A stretch of 64,000 bases of DNA from an uncultured Butyricicoccus sp. (GCA_944384655.1 CALWUF010000060.1:6102-70101); one strand, 5' to 3'. Counted from the stretch's first letter, positions 26,072-37,391 are shown. Translations and numbers: made by a program. The notes: generated by a model not told the origin, from the sequence alone.

Positions 26072-26740
26072 ATGACAAAATTTCATGTAGCGGAAACGTT
26101 TGTCAGCATCAATGGCGAGGGCACACGCGCCGGACAACTCTCCGTTTTTGTCCGCTTTACCGGCTGCAATTTGCGTTGTTCATTCTGTGATACGATGTGG
26201 GCAAACCATACAGATGCACCGCACACCCGGATGACAACAACAGAGATCTGCGACGCAGTGCGTAAGACAGGCGTACACAATGTCACATTGACGGGCGGCG
26301 AACCGCTGCTTCGTGAAGGCATGGCAGAGTTATTGCAAAAGCTGACAGAAAACCCGGCGCAGCACGTGGAAATTGAAACCAATGGCAGCGTCGATCTCAC
26401 GCCGTTTTTGGGTATCTCCCCCGCCATCACATTTACCATGGATTACAAACTGCCAGGCAGCGGCATGGAAACACAGATGCACACCCCCAATTTTGCATTG
26501 CTTACCAAAGGTGATACTGTAAAATTTGTCGCAGGCAGCCGGACCGATCTCAACCGCGCATTGGAAATCATCCGGCAATACGACTTGACCCACCGATGTC
26601 ATGTTTATCTCAGCCCAGTTTTTGGACGCATTCAACCGGTGGAAATTGTAGAATTTATGCAGGAGCATGTACTCAATGACGTCACCATGCAGCTCCAGAT
26701 GCACAAAATCATCTGGGATCCTGACCAGCGCGGCGTATAA
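26072..26740 (+). CDS. queE: 7-carboxy-7-deazaguanine synthase (radical SAM)
   Basis: SINGEG, FVRFTGCNLRCSFCDT, LTGGEPL, IETNGS, QMHK. Confidence 0.95.
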   Translation: MTKFHVAETFVSINGEGTRAGQLSVFVRFTGCNLRCSFCDTMWANHTDAPHTRMTTTEICDAVRKTGVHNVTLTGGEPLLREGMAELLQKLTENPAQHVEIETNGSVDLTPFLGISPAITFTMDYKLPGSGMETQMHTPNFALLTKGDTVKFVAGSRTDLNRALEIIRQYDLTHRCHVYLSPVFGRIQPVEIVEFMQEHVLNDVTMQLQMHKIIWDPDQRGV

Positions 26741-26767
26741 GCGCCACAGAAAAGGAACGAAAGAATT

Positions 26768-27346
26768 ATGGCTATTGATACCAATGCAATCAGAGAACAT
26801 ATCCGCGGCATTCTCATCGCACTCGGCGATGACCCTGACCGAGAGGGATTAAAAGATACGCCTGACCGCGTTGCACGTATGTACAACGAAGTATTCGAAG
26901 GCATGAATTATACCAATGAAGAAATCGCCCAGATGTTCGACAAAACCTTTGAAGATGAAATGGATTTTGTCAGCGATTCCAAAGATCTGGTTATTGTCCG
27001 AAATATCCAATTGTTCAGCTATTGTGAACATCACATCGCATTGATGTATGACATGACAGCAACCGTCGCCTATATGCCCAATGGAAAGGTCATCGGTTTG
27101 AGCAAAATCGCACGCATTGCCGATATGGTATCCAAACGCCTGCAATTACAGGAACGTATCGGTTCAGATATCGCACAAATCATGCAGATTGTGACCGGTT
27201 CAGAGGATGTTGCTGTGCTCATTGAGGGCAGTCATAGCTGCATGACTGCACGCGGCATTCGTCAGCCAAATGCACGTACCACAACCACCACCCTGCGCGG
27301 ACGGTTTTGCACTGATTCCGATTTGCAGATGAGATTATATCAATAA
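26768..27346 (+). CDS. folE: GTP cyclohydrolase I
   Basis: [43 protein letters not shown]. Confidence 0.96.
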   Translation: MAIDTNAIREHIRGILIALGDDPDREGLKDTPDRVARMYNEVFEGMNYTNEEIAQMFDKTFEDEMDFVSDSKDLVIVRNIQLFSYCEHHIALMYDMTATVAYMPNGKVIGLSKIARIADMVSKRLQLQERIGSDIAQIMQIVTGSEDVAVLIEGSHSCMTARGIRQPNARTTTTTLRGRFCTDSDLQMRLYQ

Positions 27347-27361
27347 AGGAGACATCCCCTT

Positions 27362-28051
27362 ATGAAAGCACTTGTTCTATCCAGCGGCGGCGTGGACAGC
27401 ACCACCTGTCTCGGCATGGCAATTGAAAAATATGGAAAAGAAAATGTCATTGCGCTGTCTATCACTTATGGTCAGTTGCACACCAAAGAAGTGGAAGCGG
27501 CACAAAAAATTGCCCTGTATTACGGCGTTGAATTTTTGACCCTTGATCTCGCACCAATTTTCCAGTACGACACGAAATGCTCTTTGCTCAAAGGCTCAGA
27601 AAATCAAATTCCAGAGGAATGCTATGCTGACCAACTCAAAAAGACAAATGGCAAGCCCGTTTCCACCTATGTGCCATTCCGAAATGGTCTGTTCTTATCC
27701 TCAGCAGCCAGCATTGCCTTGTCCAAAGATTGTTCTGTCATCTATTACGGTGCGCACAGTGACGATGCAGCAGGCAATGCCTATCCAGATTGCAGCAGTG
27801 CATTTCATCATGCCATGCGCGATGCCATCTATATCGGAAGCGGCAATCAGTTGACCATCGAAGCGCCATTTGTCAACTACACCAAGGCGGACGTTGTGCA
27901 TGAAGGTCTTCGCCTCGGCGTACCCTACCAATTGACGTGGAGCTGCTATGAAGGCGGCAACAGACCCTGTGGAAAGTGCGGCACCTGCCGCGACAGCGCA
28001 GCAGCTTTTGCCGCCAACGGTATCGCTGATCCGGCATTGCAGGAGGGATAA
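27362..28051 (+). CDS. queC: 7-cyano-7-deazaguanine synthase
   Basis: SGGVDS, YGQLH, YVPFRNG, YPDC, TWSCY..CGKCGTC. Confidence 0.95.
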   Translation: MKALVLSSGGVDSTTCLGMAIEKYGKENVIALSITYGQLHTKEVEAAQKIALYYGVEFLTLDLAPIFQYDTKCSLLKGSENQIPEECYADQLKKTNGKPVSTYVPFRNGLFLSSAASIALSKDCSVIYYGAHSDDAAGNAYPDCSSAFHHAMRDAIYIGSGNQLTIEAPFVNYTKADVVHEGLRLGVPYQLTWSCYEGGNRPCGKCGTCRDSAAAFAANGIADPALQEG

Positions 28052-28054
28052 TCC

Positions 28055-28552
28055 ATGACAGGACGAAATACGAACGAAACGCAGGGCATTACCCTGTTGG
28101 GCAACCAGGGTACAACATACCGGGATGATTATGCCCCGGAGGTACTGGAAACTTTTATAAACAAACATCCGGAAAACGATTATTTTGTCAAATTTATCTG
28201 TCCCGAATTTACCAGCCTGTGTCCAATCACTGGACAGCCGGACTTTGCCACCATCACAATTTCTTATGTACCGTCCGAACGAATGGTGGAAAGCAAATCA
28301 CTTAAATTATACTTATTCAGCTTCCGCAATCATGGAGATTTTCATGAAGACTGTGTGAATATCATTATGAAAGATCTGATCCGACTGATGGAGCCCAAAT
28401 ATATTGAAGTGTGGGGCAAATTTACGCCTCGCGGTGGCATCTCCATCGATCCGTACTGCAATTACGGCAAGCCTGGTACACGTTGGGAAGAAGTCGCTTG
28501 GAATCGCCTGGCAAATCATGACCTGTATCCGGAAAAAATCGACAACCGATAA
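28055..28552 (+). CDS. queF: preQ0 reductase (type I QueF)
   Basis: [30 protein letters not shown]. Confidence 0.96.
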   Translation: MTGRNTNETQGITLLGNQGTTYRDDYAPEVLETFINKHPENDYFVKFICPEFTSLCPITGQPDFATITISYVPSERMVESKSLKLYLFSFRNHGDFHEDCVNIIMKDLIRLMEPKYIEVWGKFTPRGGISIDPYCNYGKPGTRWEEVAWNRLANHDLYPEKIDNR

Positions 28553-28570
28553 CGAACGGTATATACCGAT

Positions 28571-28598
28571 AAAAAGCCCAGCTTTCGCTGGGCTTTTT
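28571..28598. terminator. Bidirectional terminator between queF and the MFS gene
   Basis: AAAAAGCCCAGC-TTTC-GCTGGGCTTTTT. Confidence 0.85.
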
Positions 28599-28636
28599 CA
28601 ATCCATGGGATATCTGGTTATACACTTATTTTTCGC

Positions 28637-29902
28637 TCAACTGATCGAACGCTCATATCGTCCCCATCTGTCGCAACCGCCCAATGCAGCCAACAATGCA
28701 AGCATGGAAAATGCAACCCATACCCAAATGGCAGATGTCCAGCCAAAGCTGTCTGCAACTGCGCCGATGCCAAAGCTGGATAACGCTGAGCCTACATATG
28801 CTGCACAATTGAGAATGCCTGTGACGGAAGATGCGCGTCCAATTGCGCCAAAATGAATGGGCATGAGATTGACCAACATAATGTTCGCGCCGACCATACA
28901 CGTACTTGCAACTGTCAACAGCAACAGAGATGCAATGGCACTGCTGTCACAAACAAATCCCAGCAATGACAATGCTGCAATTGTAACGGCAAAGAAACCT
29001 GCCGAACCCTTCAATTCATTTTTAATATGATTCTTCGCAATTGCCTTGGTGATGAACACACCGGAGATATTGACCAATGGAAGGATGATATCCAAAGCAA
29101 CAGAAACAGACGTGCCGAGATTGAAATTATCCGTCATCAATGACGGCAGCCAAGTTTGAATGCCATCGCGCAGCATACCATGTGTCATCGAAGTAACTGC
29201 TGCCAACATGACGCCTGAGACAATCATCAGGTGCATCAGCCCACCTTTCTGCTTGCTGTTCTCCTGATGATGCAGTTCAATGGTCTCAATTTCACCAGCT
29301 TTTGCAATCATGCGTTCAAACCAGCTCATGCGCACAAACCAGAACGCTGCTGTTGCCACCATAATCACACCAGAAATCAAAAACACGCTGCGCCAACCCA
29401 AAACAGAAAGCATGACAGAAGCGAGCAGATAGGTCAATACCGTGGCCAAAGGATATGTTGCCGCCGCATTGCTGCATGCACGTTTGCGCTGATCTGGCGG
29501 AAGCTGTTCCGCAAAGATACGCGCAACCGGAGACCAGATGAGCGACTGGAACACACCATTGATCGACCACAACGCAACCATCATACCATAGCTTCCGGTC
29601 CATCCCATACCCAGATTGACAACAGCCGATCCAAGCACACCGGTAAAGACCAATTTTTTCGGGCTGATATGGTCACCGATCAATCCGCTAAAAATCTGGC
29701 AGACACCGTATACAATAAACAGAGCTGTACCGACAAGACCCGCCTGTGTTTTGTCCATACTGCCGGAAGCGATCAGATCGACCATAACAGCAGAATAGCT
29801 CAGGCGTCCGAACAGCCCAACAATATATGTCGCAGCACACAACAGGAACAATCTCTGGGACAATGCATGCGGACAAACGCGGCGGTTGATAACCTGTGTC
29901 AT
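28637..29902 (-). CDS. MFS transporter (sugar-phosphate/organophosphate permease-like)
   Basis: About 12 hydrophobic helices, GLIGDHISPK A-motif, NGVFQSLIWSPV. Confidence 0.85.
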   Translation of the reverse strand: MTQVINRRVCPHALSQRLFLLCAATYIVGLFGRLSYSAVMVDLIASGSMDKTQAGLVGTALFIVYGVCQIFSGLIGDHISPKKLVFTGVLGSAVVNLGMGWTGSYGMMVALWSINGVFQSLIWSPVARIFAEQLPPDQRKRACSNAAATYPLATVLTYLLASVMLSVLGWRSVFLISGVIMVATAAFWFVRMSWFERMIAKAGEIETIELHHQENSKQKGGLMHLMIVSGVMLAAVTSMTHGMLRDGIQTWLPSLMTDNFNLGTSVSVALDIILPLVNISGVFITKAIAKNHIKNELKGSAGFFAVTIAALSLLGFVCDSSAIASLLLLTVASTCMVGANIMLVNLMPIHFGAIGRASSVTGILNCAAYVGSALSSFGIGAVADSFGWTSAIWVWVAFSMLALLAALGGCDRWGRYERSIS

Positions 29903-30090
29903 AAAAAATCCCTCTCGTTTTTCCGTAATCTGTAAAACCTCACCCAGTATATTCCCTCGTGGCAAAAGAATCAATCTGCATTGATACCATGTTTTTATTT
30001 TTTCAACAGTGTTTTATAGGCAACATGCCCACTCCCTTCCAAGTGGAAAAGAGTGGGCAAAATCATACAGTTTACATATTCTTGCGGTGT

Positions 30091-30936
30091 TCAATACACC
30101 AAATTGTCCGGATCCAGACCAGACCATCCACAATCGGTCAATGCGCTGATACGCATCATGTCTTCCGGCTCAAGTTGAAAATCAAAAATCCTGCTGTTTT
30201 CCGCAATGCGTGACGGCGTGACAGATTTCGGCAAGGGGATGACGCCGCGTTGTACATGCCAACGCAGGACGATCTGTGCAATGGTGCGGTTATACTTCGC
30301 CGCTAACTGCTGTACTTCCGGAACGGAGAAAATCCGTCCGGTTGCCATCGGACTCCAGCCCTCTACAACGATATCATGTTCCCGGCAGTATGCAATCATA
30401 TCGTCCTGTGCCATGCCCGGATGGATTTCAATCTGATCGACCATCGGTTTGACTTCGCAGTTGTCAAACAGATTTTGCAGATGACGAGGACGGAAGTTGC
30501 TGACACCGATTGCTTTGATATATCCATCGCGATACAGCGTTTCAAACGCACGCCAAGTCTCAATGTTTTTCTCTTCCCAATTATCGAAATATTTGCGGTC
30601 ATGCGGCCAGTGAATTAGATATAGGTCCAGATACTCAGTCTGCAACTTGTCCAGCGTGCGTTGAAAGGCATCCAATGTGCTCTGATAACCCTGATGCGGA
30701 TTCCACAGCTTACTGGTGAGAAAGATTTCTTCGCGCGGGATGCCAGATTGTGCGATTGCCTTGCCTACGCCAGCCTCGTTTCCATAAGCTGTTGCAGTAT
30801 CGATATGGCGATATCCTACGCGCAGTGCCGCTGCAACGGATGCCGCTGCTTCATCGTTTGGCGTTTTCCATGTGCCAAATCCAACGCACGGGATGGATGT
30901 CCCATTGCAAATCGGAATACGTGTCTGTAAATCCAT
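30091..30936 (-). CDS. Aldo/keto reductase (2,5-DKG reductase-like)
   Basis: GFGTWK, HIDTATAYGNE, LYLIHWP, IGVSNF, PLPKS. Confidence 0.93.
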   Translation of the reverse strand: MDLQTRIPICNGTSIPCVGFGTWKTPNDEAAASVAAALRVGYRHIDTATAYGNEAGVGKAIAQSGIPREEIFLTSKLWNPHQGYQSTLDAFQRTLDKLQTEYLDLYLIHWPHDRKYFDNWEEKNIETWRAFETLYRDGYIKAIGVSNFRPRHLQNLFDNCEVKPMVDQIEIHPGMAQDDMIAYCREHDIVVEGWSPMATGRIFSVPEVQQLAAKYNRTIAQIVLRWHVQRGVIPLPKSVTPSRIAENSRIFDFQLEPEDMMRISALTDCGWSGLDPDNLVY

Positions 30937-31037
30937 AACAATTCCTCCCATTGTTTCCTCTTATAGATACCTGTAGTATACCATATTCATGCATACTTGC
31001 AAAGCAAAACGGCTCGGCAAACGCCGAGCCTCCTGTA

Positions 31038-32015
31038 TTATGCGAGATATCTTCCAATCTTCGGAATCTTCCGGATACCATAGGCCAATGCACCCGAGAC
31101 AATCAGCAAACAAATTGCTGCGACTGGAATGAATACGCCAGCCGGAAGAATAATACCAGCACGGTTGAGCGCATAACAGAGAAACGCCAGTAAAATCGGA
31201 TGAATCAGATAAATGCCAAAGCTGAGCTGAGACAACATCGCAATCGGACGCAGCACCTTTCGCGACAGGCGCATACCGGACAGCGTATTTTTGACCACAA
31301 GGAACAATGCCGTTGCAATCAATACTGCGTCAGGTGAAAGAATCATCATCGCCGGGTCTGTGGTGAATGCGGTAGAACCAATCCAGAAACCACGCAGCGT
31401 CAACAGCAGGCAGATACCGCCGAGCAGATAGATGATACGCAATTGCTTGCGCGTCAGCATCGCTGTACGCAGATACCAGCCTGCAACAAAAACCGCGACC
31501 AGACCAAAGCCCATCATTGCATAATCCGCCAGATGAATCGTACCCATTTGAATCTGGAAAAACGGATATACACAGCCAATCACATAGCCGAATATCACAG
31601 CAAATTGCAGTTCCTTTGGCTGTGCCGCGCGCGTAAACACGCGCAAAACGATGGATAGGGCATACAGGATAATCATCACGAATAAAAAGTTGAGATATAG
31701 TCCCTGCCCACTCAGGATTCCTTCGAGCACACCGCCGGTCGTTTGATTCACAACCGCTGCGATAACAATCCATACAATGTATGAGACCAACAGACGCACC
31801 CCATATTTCCGCGCCATATCACGCGGACTGATGTACCAACTGCCATCGAGAAAAAACATACCGCTGAGCATGACAAACAACGGAACCGCCCATGCCAACA
31901 GACCACTCAATGCTGTTTTTCCTGCCGCCATGGATACACTGAGAAAAACAACCGCGATACAACTGAGTGCACGCAGAACATCCGGATAAACCATTCTTCG
32001 TTTCATTGTATGCAA
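31038..32015 (-). CDS. Acyltransferase family 3 (membrane O-acyltransferase)
   Basis: DVLRALS, AVPLFVMLSG, SFGIYLIHP, about 10 TM helices. Confidence 0.88.
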   Translation of the reverse strand: MHTMKRRMVYPDVLRALSCIAVVFLSVSMAAGKTALSGLLAWAVPLFVMLSGMFFLDGSWYISPRDMARKYGVRLLVSYIVWIVIAAVVNQTTGGVLEGILSGQGLYLNFLFVMIILYALSIVLRVFTRAAQPKELQFAVIFGYVIGCVYPFFQIQMGTIHLADYAMMGFGLVAVFVAGWYLRTAMLTRKQLRIIYLLGGICLLLTLRGFWIGSTAFTTDPAMMILSPDAVLIATALFLVVKNTLSGMRLSRKVLRPIAMLSQLSFGIYLIHPILLAFLCYALNRAGIILPAGVFIPVAAICLLIVSGALAYGIRKIPKIGRYLA

Positions 32016-32156
32016 ACCAACTTTCTTCTAAATAAAAATGACCAAATTGGGTTTTTTCGGTATATTCACACACAAAACCCACGTATACATCATATCACAT
32101 TGGAAAAACTATGAAAACATATATGCATCAAATTTTTTGTGAAGGAAGTGTGAATT

Positions 32157-33092
32157 TTGACAAATTCTCAAAAATGCGGCATTATCGGCTGCGGCAGCGT
32201 AGGTGCAGCCGCTGCCTATACACTCGCCACACATGGTCTATTCTCCGAACTCATTCTAATCGATATGAACCAAAAACGCGCCCATGGTGAAGCAATGGAC
32301 ATCAGTCATGGCGTCTCTTTTTCACAGCCATGCCGTGTCATTGACGGCAGCTATGACGATTTGAAAGACGCTGCCATGGTGATTATCGCAGCGGGCGTGG
32401 GGCAACGTCCAGGAGAAAGCCGTCTTGACCTGTTGACACGTAATGCCGCCGTTATGCGTTCGATTATCACTGAAATTACGCGCGTCTGCCCGGATGCCAT
32501 CCTGTTGATTGTGTCCAATCCGGTCGATTTGCTGACCGGTATCGCACTGCGTATCTCCGGGTTTCCTCCCGAACGCGTCATCGGTTCAGGTACTGTTCTG
32601 GATACCGCCCGTTTAAAATTCCTGCTCGGACATAAGCTCGGTGTGGATGGGAGAAATGTACACGCCTTTGTGATTGGCGAACACGGCGACAGTGAGCTTG
32701 CTGTCTGGTCGAGTGCGAATATTTCCGGCATTGATTTGACCGATTATTGTGTCGGACGTGGTCTTTCCGACGATTTTTCTGATCTATTTGAATCGGTACG
32801 CCATGCGGCCTATGAAATCATTGAAGGCAAAGGTGCAACGTACTACGGCATTGCCATGTCTGTGCTGCGCATTGCTACCTGTATCATGCGCGGCGAACAC
32901 AGCGTCCTCCCCATCTCATGTTATGCAGAAGGGCATTATGGGTTGGGTAAGGTCTGTATCGGTCTGCCATGTGTCGTAGGGCGCAACGGTGTAGAAACCG
33001 TGTTGGATATCCCGCTGAATGAGGAAGAAATGCATCAGCTTCATCACTCCGCTGAAACGCTGCAACATGCACTCGATCAGCTCCATCTATAA
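32157..33092 (+). CDS. ldh: L-lactate dehydrogenase
   Basis: GCGSVG, AGVGQRPGESRLDL, SNPVD, GSGTVLDTAR, GEHGDS. TTG start. Confidence 0.93.
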   Translation: MTNSQKCGIIGCGSVGAAAAYTLATHGLFSELILIDMNQKRAHGEAMDISHGVSFSQPCRVIDGSYDDLKDAAMVIIAAGVGQRPGESRLDLLTRNAAVMRSIITEITRVCPDAILLIVSNPVDLLTGIALRISGFPPERVIGSGTVLDTARLKFLLGHKLGVDGRNVHAFVIGEHGDSELAVWSSANISGIDLTDYCVGRGLSDDFSDLFESVRHAAYEIIEGKGATYYGIAMSVLRIATCIMRGEHSVLPISCYAEGHYGLGKVCIGLPCVVGRNGVETVLDIPLNEEEMHQLHHSAETLQHALDQLHL

Positions 33093-33150
33093 CCTGTAAG
33101 TTTCCTTTTTTCATCCACTGCCTATGCGCAGTGGATTTTCTTTACGCGCG

Positions 33151-33179
33151 TTGACTTCTCTGATTCAAATCAGTATACT
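33151..33179 (+). promoter_or_regulatory. SigA promoter with a palindromic spacer
   Basis: TTGACT-17-TATACT. The spacer contains the inverted repeat CTGATT-CA-AATCAG (33160-33173). Confidence 0.65.
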
Positions 33180-33214
33180 GAACATATGGCAACCTACAGA
33201 AGGGATATCCTCAC

Positions 33215-34345
33215 ATGAAATCTATTACAAAAATCGTCATCACCGGCGGTCCCTGCGGCGGAAAATCGACTGCTATGACATGGATTGAAAGCAATCTGTC
33301 CAAACGCGGCTATAAAGTGTTATTTATCCCGGAAACGGCATCCGAACTCATTTTAGGCGGTGTCGCACCGTGGACAGTCAATTCAAATTATGAATTTCAA
33401 AAAGCGTTGGTGTCGTTGCAAATCCAAAAGGAACAGGTATTCGAAATGGCAGCGCGCAACATGGACGATAAAAAAATCCTGATTGTCGCTGACCGCGGCA
33501 TTTTGGATAACAAAGCCTATATGACCGATGAAGAATTTCAATTGTTATGTCATGAATTGGGCAGCAGTGAAGTTTCCTTCCGCGACAATTATGACGCTGT
33601 ATTTCATCTCGTCACAGCGGCACAAGGTGCAACTAAATTTTATTCACTCGCCAACAATCAAGCGCGCACAGAAACACCTGAACAGGCGATTGCAATGGAT
33701 CAAAAACTCATTTCCTGCTGGACAGGACATCCCTATCTGCGCGTGATCGACAATTCTACCGATTTTAACACAAAAATGAAACGATTGGTCAATGAAATTA
33801 CACAATTTCTCGGTGAACCGGATCCATATGAAATCGAGAGTAAATTTATCATTCGTATGCCCGATCTCGCTCAATTAGAGCGCATGCCCAACTGCAAAAA
33901 AGTAGAAATTATTCAGACATATCTCATCAGCCATGATCCCAATGTTGAACTGCGCATTCGTCAGCGCGGACGCGATGGCAGTTATATTTACATTAAAACT
34001 GCAAAAACAACGGTTTCCAATGGCAAACGCATTGAAACGGAACAACGCATTACAAAAGATGAATATCTGCGTCTGCTCATGGATGCGGACACTTCCCTGC
34101 GACAGATCCGCAAAAATCGGTATTGTCTCACAGAAAACAATTTATATTTTGAAATTGATGTATATCCGTTCTGGGAACATCAGGCAATTCTTGAAGTGCA
34201 ATTGAACTCATCCGAACAACATGTTGTATTTCCACCCTATCTGACCATTCTGCGCGAGGTGACGCACGACCATTCCTATAAAAATCACAGCCTTGCGCGC
34301 AGCATTCCGCCCGAAGAATGCCCAGAAGACGGTGAAACATGTTAA
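33215..34345 (+). CDS. P-loop (AAA_28/NadR-like) kinase fused to a CYTH domain
   Basis: Walker A GGPCGGKS, DRGILD. The C-terminal half begins EIESKF (CYTH ExExK) and contains LRIR, FEIDVY, LEVQL. Confidence 0.8.
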   Translation: MKSITKIVITGGPCGGKSTAMTWIESNLSKRGYKVLFIPETASELILGGVAPWTVNSNYEFQKALVSLQIQKEQVFEMAARNMDDKKILIVADRGILDNKAYMTDEEFQLLCHELGSSEVSFRDNYDAVFHLVTAAQGATKFYSLANNQARTETPEQAIAMDQKLISCWTGHPYLRVIDNSTDFNTKMKRLVNEITQFLGEPDPYEIESKFIIRMPDLAQLERMPNCKKVEIIQTYLISHDPNVELRIRQRGRDGSYIYIKTAKTTVSNGKRIETEQRITKDEYLRLLMDADTSLRQIRKNRYCLTENNLYFEIDVYPFWEHQAILEVQLNSSEQHVVFPPYLTILREVTHDHSYKNHSLARSIPPEECPEDGETC

Positions 34346-34467
34346 ATTCCCATCAGCACCACAGATTGCAGTCTACTCTTTATGCAATCTGTGGGGATTG
34401 TGTATAGACTGAAAAAACCGTGTATTCCTCTTTTTCAGGAAATGCACGGTTTTATCTGTAAGTTTAT

Positions 34468-35025
34468 TTACTCCTCACAGCTTCGCATGGCGAGGATGGT
34501 CTTTTCAATCAATTCGTCCAACTCCCAGCCCAGCATATCCGCACCGCGCTGGATGATTTCCCGGGAACATCCCGCCGCAAATTTTTTGTTTTTGAACTTC
34601 TTTTTGACTGATTTTGTCTCTAAATCCTGCACGCTTTTGGATGGACGCATAATTGCCACTGCACCGATCAATCCAGTCAATTCATCGGTCGCATACAGAA
34701 TCTTTTCCATTTGATGTTCCGGTACAATGTCTACTGTAATACCATAGCCATGACTTGCTGCCGCATGCACAACAGACTCCTCTACTCCATGTGCACGCAA
34801 CAACTCCTGTTCTTTGATACAATGTCGGTCAGGATACTGCTCAAAATCCAGATCGTGCAAAATGCCGACAATTTCCCAAAAATCCGCCTCATCTGCATAA
34901 CCCAGCGTCTGTGCGAAATATCTCATAACACCGCCGACAATGCGCGCGTGCTGACGGTGGAACTCCTCCTGATTATACTGATACAGCAATTCCAGCGCGC
35001 TTTCACGTGTCAAACTGGTCTTCAT
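34468..35025 (-). CDS. HD-domain hydrolase
   Basis: RQH..ILHDLD..SHG..ATDELTG. Confidence 0.85.
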   Translation of the reverse strand: MKTSLTRESALELLYQYNQEEFHRQHARIVGGVMRYFAQTLGYADEADFWEIVGILHDLDFEQYPDRHCIKEQELLRAHGVEESVVHAAASHGYGITVDIVPEHQMEKILYATDELTGLIGAVAIMRPSKSVQDLETKSVKKKFKNKKFAAGCSREIIQRGADMLGWELDELIEKTILAMRSCEE

Positions 35026-35042
35026 ACCAGACACCCCTTTCG

Positions 35043-35972
35043 TCAGTCGACAAACAGTGCGGTGGACAGGTAGCGCTCACCGGTATCCGGCAGCAATGCA
35101 ACAATGGTCTTGCCCGCATTTTCCGGACGCTTTGCCAGCTCAGTGGCCGCATAGACCGCAGCACCGGAAGAAATACCGACCAAAATGCCCTCTGTCTTCG
35201 CAATGGCGCGTCCGGTTGCAAATGCATCCTCATTCGCAACAGCAATAACCTCATCATATATTTCTGTGTCCAGTGTATCCGGTACAAAACCTGCGCCAAT
35301 GCCCTGAATCTTGTGTGAACCTGCTGTTCCTTTGGACAGCACCGGTGAAGTTTCAGGTTCTACTGCGACAACTTGAATATTCGGATTCTGTTCTTTCAGG
35401 TATTTGCCTGTACCGGAAATCGTACCGCCCGTACCAACGCCAGCGACGAAAATATCGATCTTGCCTTCGGTATCGTTCCAGATCTCCGGACCTGTGGTCT
35501 CATAATGAACCTTGGGATTTGCGGGATTGACAAATTGACCCAGAATGACTGCGCTATCCATGGACTTTTCCAACTCTTTTGCTTTTGCAATCGCACCTTT
35601 CATACCGGCAATTCCCGGTGTCAGGACAACCTCTGCGCCATATGCTGCCACGAGTTTGCGGCGCTCAACACTCATCGTCTCAGGCATCGTCAGGATCACA
35701 TGATAGCCCTTCGCTGTGCCAACCGCCGCCAAACCAATACCAGTATTGCCGGAAGTCGGTTCAATGATGGTTGCCCCCGGCTTGAGCACACCATTTTTTT
35801 CTGCATCTGCAATCATTTGATTGGCAACACGATCTTTGACGCTTCCTGCCGGATTAAAATATTCCAGCTTGGCAACAACATGTGCATTCAGGTTGTTTTT
35901 TGCTTCATAATTGACAAGCTCCAACAGCGGTGTTCCGCCGATGAGCTGTATAATACTTGTTTTCATAGACAT
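35043..35972 (-). CDS. cysK: Cysteine synthase A
   Basis: [47 protein letters not shown]. Confidence 0.97.
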   Translation of the reverse strand: MSMKTSIIQLIGGTPLLELVNYEAKNNLNAHVVAKLEYFNPAGSVKDRVANQMIADAEKNGVLKPGATIIEPTSGNTGIGLAAVGTAKGYHVILTMPETMSVERRKLVAAYGAEVVLTPGIAGMKGAIAKAKELEKSMDSAVILGQFVNPANPKVHYETTGPEIWNDTEGKIDIFVAGVGTGGTISGTGKYLKEQNPNIQVVAVEPETSPVLSKGTAGSHKIQGIGAGFVPDTLDTEIYDEVIAVANEDAFATGRAIAKTEGILVGISSGAAVYAATELAKRPENAGKTIVALLPDTGERYLSTALFVD

Positions 35973-36101
35973 ACGAAATCCTCTCTTCCCATACAAAAAC
36001 AGGCTCCTTTGAATAAGAAGGCACGGCTTTTTTTCATGGTACTACGCTCAGAATAAAAAATCAATGGTTTGTACTGCTAAATCACAGGCAGATCAATTCG
36101 T

Positions 36102-37391
36102 TTATCTGTTCATTTGCTCAAACGCCTGATCGAGATCCCAGATAATATCTTCGTAATGCTCTGTACCGATGGACAGGCGGATGGTATTGGGATAAATACC
36201 CTGATCTTCCAGCTCTGCCTTTGTACACTGACTATGCGTCGTAGTTGCCGGATGAATGACCAAAGATTTGACATCCGCAACATTCGCAAGAATAGAGAAT
36301 ATCTGAAGCGCATCGATAAACTTCTTTGCTTCTGCCTCTCCGCCCTTGATACGGAAGGTAAAAATAGAACCTGCGCCGTTTGGAAAATACGTGTTGTATA
36401 AATCTTTGTATTTCGGGTCAACAGATGGATGATGGATGGATTCAACCAACGGCTGAGACTGGAGGTATTTCACAACCTTTTTGGTATTTTCTACGTGGCG
36501 TTCAACGCGCAGCGACAGGGTTTCCAAACCTTGCAGCAGGAGAAATGCATGAAACGGGGACAATGTCGCACCCGTGTCACGCAGCAAGGTGGCACGAATC
36601 CTGGTGGTAAATGCCGCCGGACCGCACGCATCTACAAAACAAACGCCATGATAACTCGGATCAGGATCGACCAGCGACGCAAACCGCCCGGATGCTTTCC
36701 AATCAAACCTGCCGCTTTCGATGATAACACCGCCGAGCGCAGTGCCGTGACCACCGATAAATTTGGTTGCAGAATGTACGACAATATCCGCGCCATAATC
36801 AAATGGACGCAGCAAATATGGTGTTGCAAATGTGGAGTCCATGACAACGGGCACGCCGTGCGCATGCGCAATATCTGCGACTGCCTGAATGTCGATCAAA
36901 TTGCAATTGGGATTGCCCAGTGTCTCAAAAAATACCGCCTTGGTATTTTCATCAATGGCCTGTTCAAAATTGTTTACGTCATCCGGATCGATGAATTTTG
37001 TAGTCACACCATCTTTGGATAATGTGTGCGTCAGATAATTGTATGTGCCGCCATAGATGGTCTTGGCTGCAACAATATTATCACCGCTCTGTGCGAGCGC
37101 TTTAAAGGTATAACTCAACGCCGCTGCACCAGATGCAACAGCCAATGCAGATGAACCGCCCTCCAGTGCGGCGATGCGCTTTTCAAAAACGTCCTGCGTC
37201 GGGTTGGTCAATCTGCCATAGATATTCCCCGCATCGGTGAGATCAAACCGTGCCTGTGCATGGTCGCTGTTGTGAAATACATACGAAGTCGTTTGGTAAA
37301 TTGGCACGGCACGTGCATCGGTTGTCGGATCCGCCTGTTCCTGACCTACATGAAGCTGCAACGTCTCAAAATGGAAATTTCTCTCACTCAT
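36102..37391 (-). CDS. metY: O-acetylhomoserine/O-acetylserine sulfhydrylase
   Basis: ETLQLHVGQ, YGRLTNPT, HSATKFIGGHG, GLETLSLRVERH, IRLSIGTE. Confidence 0.93.
   Translation of the reverse strand: MSERNFHFETLQLHVGQEQADPTTDARAVPIYQTTSYVFHNSDHAQARFDLTDAGNIYGRLTNPTQDVFEKRIAALEGGSSALAVASGAAALSYTFKALAQSGDNIVAAKTIYGGTYNYLTHTLSKDGVTTKFIDPDDVNNFEQAIDENTKAVFFETLGNPNCNLIDIQAVADIAHAHGVPVVMDSTFATPYLLRPFDYGADIVVHSATKFIGGHGTALGGVIIESGRFDWKASGRFASLVDPDPSYHGVCFVDACGPAAFTTRIRATLLRDTGATLSPFHAFLLLQGLETLSLRVERHVENTKKVVKYLQSQPLVESIHHPSVDPKYKDLYNTYFPNGAGSIFTFRIKGGEAEAKKFIDALQIFSILANVADVKSLVIHPATTTHSQCTKAELEDQGIYPNTIRLSIGTEHYEDIIWDLDQAFEQMNR

Noticed and set aside
32136-32156. Rex operator upstream of ldh
   Set aside because: Only one half-site (TTGTGAA). 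The partner TTCACAA is absent.
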